Under the pieces are notes generated by a model. That model was not told where the DNA came from. It saw only the letters and a list, made by a program, of their open reading frames with translations, and made no database searches. A stretch of DNA of 32,000 nucleotides from Geobacter metallireducens GS-15. Its GTDB lineage: Bacteria; Desulfobacterota; Desulfuromonadia; Geobacterales; Geobacteraceae. The stretch spans positions 2,580,001-2,612,000 of the forward strand of contig NC_007517.1 in the NCBI RefSeq assembly GCF_000012925.1. Reading direction: 5' to 3'. Shown piece by piece: positions 7,950 through 14,598 of this stretch; within the stretch, counting starts at the first letter, position 1, and each line of letters opens with the position of its first letter. The position numbers were made by a program, and so were the translations under genes.

Positions 7950-8101
7950 TACAGATGCCCCTGAGTGCGTCAGATATTGCGCCAGAAAGGCTTCGAGTAC
8001 TCCGGGCAGGGCATACCATTGCCCGACACCGCCCAACCCGCCAGAGGGCTATATTTTTTAAGTTGTGCCGGTGCAATGAATTGAGAGTACGCAAAAGAAA
8101 A

Positions 8102-9427
8102 GGTTCTTCAGGGAATTCCGGGGAAGATTAATAAACAACAACGGCAGCACTGCGGTATCTTGATGGTTCCCCAACCAAAAAAGATCGCAGGAGGCTGCCG
8201 TTGTCGTATTCCGATGTTATCGCAATTGCGGGAGGGTGGGAAGGATATCGTGTTGCTGGGACACGCACTATCGTCACAGGTGATGCCAAACGGATCGAGG
8301 TAGAACTGATTGCCCTGTCCCAGGATGAGATGGTGTGTGGCTCGTGCGGCGGGCGTTGCACAAGCGTCCATGAAACGACCAAGCGCGTAATTCGAGATTT
8401 GCCGATTCTCGATGCTCAGACTTATCTGATCGTTCACCGCCGCAGGCTGCTGTGCCCTCAGTGTGGGCCAACGCTGGAGCGTCTGTCATGGCTGGCGAAA
8501 TACGCCCGCGTGACGCGCAGGCTTGCAGAGAGCGTAGCGCGACTGTGTGGTGTCGTGTCTGTGAAGCACGTGGCGCAGTATCTGGGGCTTTCTTGGGACC
8601 AGGTGAAGGAAATCGACAAGCGCTCACTCACAGAGCGGGTCGGCACCGTCGACCTCTCAAACATCGAAGTTCTCGGGATGGATGAGTTCGCCCTTCACAA
8701 GGGGCACCGCTATGCGACGGTTATCATCGAGCCATACCGTAAGGAAGTCTTATGGATCGGCAAAGGCAGGAGTCGCGAGAGTATCCGTCCTTTCTTCACG
8801 CAGCTTGGCCCACATGGCTGTAAACGGCTCAAAGCGGTCGTGATGGATATGAACGCATCATATGAGGAGGAAATCAAGCAGCACTCGCCCCAGGCAGACA
8901 TAGTCTACGACCTGTTCCATGTGGTGGCGAAGTATGGCAGGGAAGTGATCGACAGGGTGCGAGTCGATGAGGCAAACCGCCTGAAGGAAGACAAGAAGGC
9001 ACGGAAGGTAGTCAAAACATCGCGGTGGTTGCTGCTACGAAACAGCGAGAACGTCAAGGGCGACGACATGCTTCGCCTCCAGGAACTGTTGGAGGCAAAC
9101 CGCAGCCTCCTTACGGTCTACCTGCTCAAAGACGATCTGAAGCAACTGTGGAAGTTTACCTGCATTGAAGAGGCGGGACTATTCTGGGAGCAGTGGCACC
9201 AAAGGGCGATGGAGAGTGGAATACCGCCACTCATCCTGTTTGCCCGCCGGCTAAAGGGCTATCTCCAAGGAATCCTCAACCACTGCCTCTGGCCCCTTCA
9301 CACCGGAATCCTCGAAGGCATCAATAACAAGATCAAGGTGATCAAAAGAATGGCCTACGGCTTCCGGGATCACGAATACTTCTTTCTCAAGATCAGAGCC
9401 GCTTTCCCCGGAATTCCCGGATGAACC
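8102..9427 (+). mobile_element. ISL3-family insertion sequence (1326 bp) with imperfect terminal inverted repeats and an 8-bp target-site duplication
   Basis: IRL is GGTTCTTCAGGGAATTCCGGGGAA (from 8102). The reverse complement of IRR is GGTTCATCCGGGAATTCCGGGGAA (ending at 9427). It is flanked by identical AAAGAAAA at 8094-8101 and 9428-9435. It has a single transposase ORF. Confidence 0.9.
8201..9424 (+). CDS. ISL3-family DDE transposase
   Basis: N-terminal zinc finger CGSCGG...CPQCG (zf-ISL3 type), about 400 aa, stop codon inside the right IR. TTG start preceded by AGGAGG 6 nt upstream. Confidence 0.85.
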   Translation: MSYSDVIAIAGGWEGYRVAGTRTIVTGDAKRIEVELIALSQDEMVCGSCGGRCTSVHETTKRVIRDLPILDAQTYLIVHRRRLLCPQCGPTLERLSWLAKYARVTRRLAESVARLCGVVSVKHVAQYLGLSWDQVKEIDKRSLTERVGTVDLSNIEVLGMDEFALHKGHRYATVIIEPYRKEVLWIGKGRSRESIRPFFTQLGPHGCKRLKAVVMDMNASYEEEIKQHSPQADIVYDLFHVVAKYGREVIDRVRVDEANRLKEDKKARKVVKTSRWLLLRNSENVKGDDMLRLQELLEANRSLLTVYLLKDDLKQLWKFTCIEEAGLFWEQWHQRAMESGIPPLILFARRLKGYLQGILNHCLWPLHTGILEGINNKIKVIKRMAYGFRDHEYFFLKIRAAFPGIPG

Positions 9428-9460
9428 AAAGAAAAGCCCCGAACCATTGAAGGCCGGGGC
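9428..9460 (-). terminator. Rho-independent terminator of the small-ORF operon; its T-tract was the ISL3 target
   Basis: The minus strand reads GCCCCG-(13-nt loop)-CGGGGC followed by TTTTCTTT. The TTTTCTTT is the complement of the AAAGAAAA target duplication. Confidence 0.6.
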
Positions 9461-9492
9461 GTGATAGCCTGATTGCAGGTTACAGGTGGGAA

Positions 9493-9630
9493 CTAAGGTG
9501 CAAGGCGCTTCAGGCGTTCCAGCGCCTCCACGTTGATACCGATTTTAGCTTGTGCCTCCCTGAGCGTTATTGCCTTCCTGCTGTGAACGAGGGTCAGGTG
9601 CTTTCTTGTGATTGCGTTCTTGATCGTCAT
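9493..9630 (-). CDS. Hypothetical 45-aa protein, possibly a minimal HTH (regulator or excisionase candidate)
   Basis: ATG 9630 is preceded by GAGG. ITLREAQAKIGINVEALERLKRL resembles helix 2, turn and helix 3 of XRE-type HTHs. It is followed by a terminator. The call is weak because the ORF is very short. Confidence 0.35.
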   Translation of the reverse strand: MTIKNAITRKHLTLVHSRKAITLREAQAKIGINVEALERLKRLAP

Positions 9631-9637
9631 ACGCGCC

Positions 9638-9784
9638 TCAATCCGGGAGGGTGGCAGAGTATTCATCTTGAGCATTGAAGCACTCTTCCTGCCTGTCGCA
9701 AGCTAGGCACTTCCTGAAGGTCGCCATGTGCTGTTTCTCCCATGATTTGAAGTCGGTATTCATCTGGTCAATCTCTGCTTGCAT
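9638..9784 (-). CDS. Hypothetical 48-aa protein (contains CLAC...C)
   Basis: ATG 9784 is preceded by a strong GAGGAGG 5 nt upstream. Its stop lies 10 nt before the next small ORF. No recognisable domain. Confidence 0.4.
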   Translation of the reverse strand: MQAEIDQMNTDFKSWEKQHMATFRKCLACDRQEECFNAQDEYSATLPD

Positions 9785-9888
9785 CTTCTCCTCCTCATCG
9801 TTAAGGGCTATCGACAATCGGCGGACAGGAGCGAACCGGATGCAGGAGGGGCACGGGATAATCGAAAACAGACAGATGCAGACAGGCG

Positions 9889-9927
9889 GGTTGCTTGCCA
9901 ACGGAGGTTGCTTGCGGGGTTGCTTGT
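9889..9927 (+). repeat. Three GGTTGCTTG(C/T) motifs (putative integrase arm-type sites, right end of element B)
   Basis: GGTTGCTTGC at 9889-9898 and 9906-9915, GGTTGCTTGT at 9918-9927. They lie about 60-100 nt from the tRNA 3' end, in the same orientation as the copies at 3178-3198. Confidence 0.55.
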
Positions 9928-9985
9928 AGATTCTGGAAAGAGAAAAAGGGGCTGCCAAAAACTGGCTAACCCCTTGATTTCTTTA

Positions 9986-10060
<75 letters not shown>

Positions 10061-10078
10061 TTGATTGAGTACAACTTT

Positions 10079-11374
10079 TTAGCCCATGGGCTCGTTGGTT
10101 GTCAACAGTTTTTTCCTGAGGAAGACGCTTGCTTCAGCGCCAGTTCTCACTTGGCCGGTGCACTGGGCCTCCCGGAGAAGCTCATGGGCGTCCCCAACCA
10201 TCTTGCAGGGAGGAACGGAAAGCAACTCCATGATTTCAGCTCCAGAGAGGAGAAGGTTCCCTCCCCGGGGGATATGGCAGTGCAGGTAGTAACGGGCAAG
10301 TTCGCGACAGCGCGATTCGGTGATGTGTCCTCGGGCAAGAAGCAGCAACGGCAGTTCGAGCCCTGCGGGATCGCATGCGTTGAAAAGCGTGTACGCGGAG
10401 ACCGTGTCCAACCGCTCTGCAAGGGCAAGAGTATCGGCACGACACAGCTTCTCCACGAGTTGCCCTGCCGTCTTTCCAAGCTTAAGCCGATCTGCCGCCG
10501 CAGGGAGATCCGCTTCTGTTACAGTAAGAAAAGCAGCCAGCTTCGTGAGGGACAGAACCGTCATACCTCCCTGGATTTGCTCCTGAAGCCGTAAGCATCC
10601 CTTTTCCGCAGTTTCGTCGCCCAGCTGTGAAAGGGATTGCACAACAGCTTCGACCCTGTCCATGGCCTCCGCTGCCGGATAAACCTGCGAGGGAGAGAGT
10701 CCGAAGAGCACACAGAGAAGTCCCGCATCACCCATAGTTCGGAAAACAGACCCGGTTCCGGGCATGCACAGAACCTGGAAAAGTTCGTCTCGAATCCGCT
10801 CCCCAGCGCTGTTTGCAATAAGAGGTGCATGGGTCGTAATTGCCGCGAGAGTTTCAGTCTCGATGCGAAAGCCGAGGGTGGCGGCAAAACGGAATGCGCG
10901 TACAAGGCGCAGGGGGTCATCACGAAAAACCGATTCGGCGCAACGCCTTACCAGTTGAGCACGGATATCGGTTTCGCCTTTTAAGGGATCGAAAAGCTCC
11001 ACCCCACCCTGGAGAGGCACGGCAAGAGAGTTGATGGTGAAGTCGCGAAGGGCGAGATCAGCACAGATATCCTCACCTCTCAGGGGAGCAAAGTCGAAAG
11101 TGTCGATCCCGGCCCCTCCCTTGATGACGACGCGGGAATGCCCCCGCTCCTGGTCGAGCCAGAAGAAGGTGCCGCCACACTCTTTGGCAAAGCGGCGGGA
11201 AAGAGCCTCAGGCCCGCCGCCGACGGCAATATCCACGTCGTTCACCCCGCGCCCCATCAGCAGGTCGCGCAGGCATCCTCCAACAACATAGCATTGTAGA
11301 TCAAGGCTTGCTGACGCCTGCCGCAGCGTTCTCAGAAACGGATTTTGCAGGAAAGATGCGATGGAAGCGTCCAT
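10079..11374 (-). CDS. cca: tRNA nucleotidyltransferase / poly(A) polymerase family protein (CCA-adding enzyme-like)
   Basis: N-terminal signature YVVGGCLRDLLMGRGVNDVDIAV (GG-x-x-RD...DxD), followed by the RLVRAFRFAATLGF motif. Confidence 0.85.
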   Translation of the reverse strand: MDASIASFLQNPFLRTLRQASASLDLQCYVVGGCLRDLLMGRGVNDVDIAVGGGPEALSRRFAKECGGTFFWLDQERGHSRVVIKGGAGIDTFDFAPLRGEDICADLALRDFTINSLAVPLQGGVELFDPLKGETDIRAQLVRRCAESVFRDDPLRLVRAFRFAATLGFRIETETLAAITTHAPLIANSAGERIRDELFQVLCMPGTGSVFRTMGDAGLLCVLFGLSPSQVYPAAEAMDRVEAVVQSLSQLGDETAEKGCLRLQEQIQGGMTVLSLTKLAAFLTVTEADLPAAADRLKLGKTAGQLVEKLCRADTLALAERLDTVSAYTLFNACDPAGLELPLLLLARGHITESRCRELARYYLHCHIPRGGNLLLSGAEIMELLSVPPCKMVGDAHELLREAQCTGQVRTGAEASVFLRKKLLTTNEPMG

Positions 11375-11407
11375 GGCATGAGATTACCACCCCGCGGAGA
11401 CGAGGCA

Positions 11408-11436
11408 AGAAAAAAGCCCGCACAGGGCGGGCTTTT
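11408..11436 (-). terminator. Rho-independent terminator after flgM
   Basis: The minus strand reads GCCCGC-cctgt-GCGGGC followed by TTTTTTCTT. Confidence 0.7.
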
Positions 11437-11459
11437 CAAGACATATCTCCAATAGGCGG

Positions 11460-11765
11460 TCAGACAGCGACCCCTTTCTTCATGGTCATGAGCATCTTTT
11501 CGGCCACGTCGCGGGCGCTCACGGCGTATTCACCGGCAGCCACCTGCCTTTTGAGCTCCTGGACCCGCTCCACCCGGATGTCGGGAATCTTCTGAAGGGC
11601 CTCACTCATACGGGCTACCCGTTCGGCATTGCCGGAAAGTTGCACCGTATCCTCTCCCTGCCCCTGGGCGGCGCTCCTATGGATATCGCCGTCGGCAAGC
11701 GCCGCGGCGGCTTCGCTTCTGGTTGCTACCGTTGCTGGGAGTATGGGCTTATCGTCAATTTTCAT
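11460..11765 (-). CDS. flgM: Anti-sigma-28 factor FlgM
   Basis: The C-terminal region DTVQLSGNAERVARMSEALQKIPDIRVERVQELKRQVAAGEYAVSARDVAEKML is a typical FlgM domain. Start set to ATG 11765 (MKIDDK, GGAGG upstream) rather than the 144-aa track ORF. Confidence 0.85.
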   Translation of the reverse strand: MKIDDKPILPATVATRSEAAAALADGDIHRSAAQGQGEDTVQLSGNAERVARMSEALQKIPDIRVERVQELKRQVAAGEYAVSARDVAEKMLMTMKKGVAV

Positions 11766-11811
11766 GGCACTCACAGCCTCCGTCCCCTCCGTTTTTCTCT
11801 TGTTGATTACT

Positions 11812-11839
11812 ATATCGTCAGGGGGTGGAAAAATCTTTA
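11812..11839 (-). promoter_or_regulatory. Putative sigma28 (FliA) promoter of flgM
   Basis: The minus strand reads TAAA, 16-nt spacer, GACGATAT (consensus recalled as TAAA-N15-GCCGATAA), about 47 nt upstream of the ATG. Confidence 0.4.
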
Positions 11840-12092
11840 GAAAAAAATGACACGGCGTCAAAAAAATTTTGGCAAAAATGAGGAAAAACGTCAATTAGCC
11901 GACACCAACTTCCCGAAGCAGCCGGTCGTCTCTGTACAACCATAACTGCTCGGCCGGCCAAGGACGCGACTTTTCACCGTTACAGCCCCTTTGTAACAGC
12001 GGACGGAGACCCGCTCCGGAAAAGCTCCTCCGGGATGCCCACCGGCCCACAGGCATAGAGATCAGTATCCGCTCGGTCTGAAGGCAACGGCA

Positions 12093-12121
12093 TTGACTGC
12101 AGCAATGAATACCGCTAAATT
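12093..12121 (+). promoter_or_regulatory. Putative sigma70 promoter of the histidine kinase gene
   Basis: TTGACT (12093-12098), 17-nt spacer, TAAATT (12116-12121), 33 nt upstream of ATG 12155. Confidence 0.4.
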
Positions 12122-12154
12122 GTGGGCTACCTAACAGAACCGGAGACCGGGCCG

Positions 12155-13318
12155 ATGACCAAGGCTGCACCGAAAGACATTGCCGCGACTTTCTTCGCCG
12201 CTGCCGAACGGGCATCCCGCACGGAAGTCGAGGAAGTGCGCAAACAAGTCCTCCTCGACACCACCCTCACGTCGCTGATCGACGCCATACCCGACTATGC
12301 CCTCGTCCTCAACCAGGAACGACAGGTTGTTGCGGCCAACCGTCATCTGCTGGACGCCTTCGGGTTGGGCATCGCCTCCATCATCGGCAAGCGTCCTGGC
12401 GAGACTTTCGGCTGCATCTTCTCCTCGGAGGGGCCGGCGGGTTGCGGCACCGGCAATCACTGTTCCGTCTGCGGTGCGGTCATGTCGATCCTCGAAAGCC
12501 AGGAAACCCTCATCCAGAACTGCCATGAGTGCCATATTAGCCTCAACCGGAACGACATAACATCCATGGACCTTGAGGTGTGCTCAACTCCCGCCACGGT
12601 CAATGGCATCCCGGTCACCGTTTGCGTCATGCGCGACATCAGCGACCAGAAGCGTCGAAGCGTCCTCGAGCGGGTCTTTTTCCATGACGTGATCAACACC
12701 GTCGGCGGCATTCACGGCATTGCCGCCATGCTCATGGAACACCCGGATCTCCCCCCTGAAAAGGAACTCGAATATAAGGAGTGGATGGTCCTCCTGTCGA
12801 ACCGACTTATCGACGAGATCAACCACCAGCGCAAGCTCCTTGACGCCGAAAGGGGGGAATTCAGACCAGACCTTGGGATGGTGCGCGTGCCGGATCTGGT
12901 GCGGGAGGTCCATGCCCTCTATGTGACCCACGATATCGCAGCGGGACGCCACCTGGTCATGGGAGAGATCGCTGACTGCTCCATCGAAAGCGATGGGCAG
13001 ATCCTGCACCGCATCCTCGGAAACCTTGTAAAAAATGCCCTGGAGGCGACGCCACAGGAGGGAACCGTTACCCTTTCCTGCTCCGAAGACGCCGAGCGGG
13101 TCACCTTTGCCGTTACCAACCCGGGGGTCATGCCGGCAGAGGTCCAGCTCCAGATATTTCAGCGTTCCTTCAGCACCAAGGCAGGCAGCGGCAGGGGGAT
13201 CGGCACTTACAGCGTGAAGCTCTTCGGCGAGCGGTACCTGAAGGGGAAGGTTGCATTCACCAGTCGAGAGCCGGAAGGGACCTCCTTCACCCTGTCAGTC
13301 CCCAAGCATTTCAACTAG
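12155..13318 (+). CDS. Soluble sensor histidine kinase with a Cys-rich PAS-like input domain
   Basis: H-box FFHDVINTVGGIHGIAAML. ATPase N-box LGNLVKNALEAT and G-box GRGIGTYSVKLF. No TM segment is evident. The PAS-like N-terminus carries C-x9-C-x5-C-x2-C...C-x2-C-H. Start moved to ATG 12155 (GGAG upstream). Confidence 0.85.
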   Translation: MTKAAPKDIAATFFAAAERASRTEVEEVRKQVLLDTTLTSLIDAIPDYALVLNQERQVVAANRHLLDAFGLGIASIIGKRPGETFGCIFSSEGPAGCGTGNHCSVCGAVMSILESQETLIQNCHECHISLNRNDITSMDLEVCSTPATVNGIPVTVCVMRDISDQKRRSVLERVFFHDVINTVGGIHGIAAMLMEHPDLPPEKELEYKEWMVLLSNRLIDEINHQRKLLDAERGEFRPDLGMVRVPDLVREVHALYVTHDIAAGRHLVMGEIADCSIESDGQILHRILGNLVKNALEATPQEGTVTLSCSEDAERVTFAVTNPGVMPAEVQLQIFQRSFSTKAGSGRGIGTYSVKLFGERYLKGKVAFTSREPEGTSFTLSVPKHFN

Positions 13319-14502
13319 GGACCTATCTTCAGCGTCTCTGCCACCCTCCGGAAGTATTCCTCCCGGCACCAGTTTTCCACCTCGACCATGGCCCGGAAGG
13401 CCTCGGCGAAATCCTTCTCTCCCACCGTAAAGACCCCGTGTCCGTAGACCACGGCCCGGCGAGGGCCGGCAATGACCGGCGGAACCCTCTTCGCCAGCCC
13501 GCCTGCCCCGATCTCCCCCGCCACGACCGGCGCGTCACCCAGCAGCCGGACCCGGTCGCACTCTTTCCAGCAGTCAGTCACGGTGCAGCCGACTTCGTCG
13601 CACTCCATGCTCATGACCACCGCGAACTTGGGATGGCCATGGAGAATTGTTGCAGCACCCGACACCTCGTAGATGCGGCGATGGGCCAGCAGCTCACTGG
13701 ACGCGGTGATGCCGAAGGTGGAGGAATTGTCCATAGGGACCGGGTCGATGCAGCCGGCCAGGGCGTCGAGGCTCGCAGCGGTTTGGGAGATGTAGATGAC
13801 ATCGCCGGCGCGGCAGGAGATGTTGCCGAAGAAGGAGTCCACAAGCCCCCGCTCCACCGTATAGCGCCCCACCGTCGTTATCTCGTGGAGGATGACGGCG
13901 GGATCGGCCAATGGGCCGCAGTGGAAGGCAAGGCCGTCGGCCGAGAGGGGGCGGAGCCAGTCGCGGCGGAACGCGGCAAAGGCCTCCGCTTCTCCGGGGA
14001 GGACGAAGCCGTCATGGAGCACGTCCTGGAGATACTTCACGAATGTCGAATGGAAGACCGACGAGTAGTTGATGTAGGCCTGCTCGATGGTGAGGGCGCC
14101 GCTCGCCACGATCCCCATCCCCTCCACGACTACCCCCTTGCGGCTCCCCAGGAGTCGGGCGATGGCCGGGGCCGGGTCGCTTCCCAGTTCCTCCCGCCGC
14201 AGGAACGGGATATCGTGGAGAAAGGTGCGTGTTTCCGTGTCCCGGGGGACGATGAACGACTCTTTCCGCGGCGCCCGGGCTACCAGGAAATCGGCGAAGG
14301 GGAGCGACGGCCGGGCCGCTATCAGGCCAAGGCAACTGAGCCGGGCAAGGACGTCGCCGGCCAATTGCGCCAGCGCGGGGTAGCCGTCGGCAATGAGCGC
14401 ATCGTCCTGGGCGGCAATGGCGATCTCCCCCGGCAGGGCCGAGCGGTCGGCAACAAGCTTGTTCGTGTAGGCGGCGATCTGATCAAACATATACTTACCC
14501 AA
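13315..14502 (-). CDS. Class II aldolase/adducin-family protein, double-length (degenerate N-terminal repeat plus a canonical C-terminal domain with a 4-Cys insert)
   Basis: C-terminal half: FFGNISCRAGDVIYISQTAAS, ASSELLAHRRIY, ILHGHPKFAVV and VVYGHGVFTVGEKDFAEAFRAMVEVE. The N-terminal half echoes the last motif (VVVEGMGIVASGALTIEQAYINYSSV). Insert: CDEVGCTVTDCWKEC. Confidence 0.75.
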   Translation of the reverse strand: MGKYMFDQIAAYTNKLVADRSALPGEIAIAAQDDALIADGYPALAQLAGDVLARLSCLGLIAARPSLPFADFLVARAPRKESFIVPRDTETRTFLHDIPFLRREELGSDPAPAIARLLGSRKGVVVEGMGIVASGALTIEQAYINYSSVFHSTFVKYLQDVLHDGFVLPGEAEAFAAFRRDWLRPLSADGLAFHCGPLADPAVILHEITTVGRYTVERGLVDSFFGNISCRAGDVIYISQTAASLDALAGCIDPVPMDNSSTFGITASSELLAHRRIYEVSGAATILHGHPKFAVVMSMECDEVGCTVTDCWKECDRVRLLGDAPVVAGEIGAGGLAKRVPPVIAGPRRAVVYGHGVFTVGEKDFAEAFRAMVEVENWCREEYFRRVAETLKIGP

Positions 14503-14598
14503 TTACCTCAATACGCACTGGTAGCAGCAACTCAAACAAAAGAATATCGACAGAACAGCCAGATAGGCAGGCACATCTCATCTGAAACCGCATGGTCT

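Larger units (their letters stand above)
3035..9985. mobile_element. Integrative element B (about 6.95 kb including a 1.3-kb IS) inserted in tRNA-Gly(CCC)
   Basis: Bounded by the 47-nt direct repeat (2988-3034 and 9986-10032). P4-type integrase at the left end. GGTTGCTTG(C/T) repeats near both ends. Patchy base composition, including a visibly AT-rich block at about 4460-5130, compared with the GC-rich core genome to the right. Confidence 0.8.

Noticed and set aside
7879-8094. 71-aa minus-strand ORF (and the 63-aa plus-strand ORF at 7691-7882) in the repeat-rich block
   Set aside because: Neither has an RBS. The first reads straight through the tandem repeats, and the compositions are odd. 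I treat the region as non-coding, though TBLASTX could reveal a decayed gene.
11460-11894. Long N-terminal extensions in the track ORFs for flgM (144 aa), gph (273 aa, 16353-17174), guaB (510 aa), lptE (190 aa) and the M42 peptidase (365 aa)
   Set aside because: In each case an internal start has a good SD and gives the canonical N-terminus. The extensions run through terminators, promoters or neighbouring genes.
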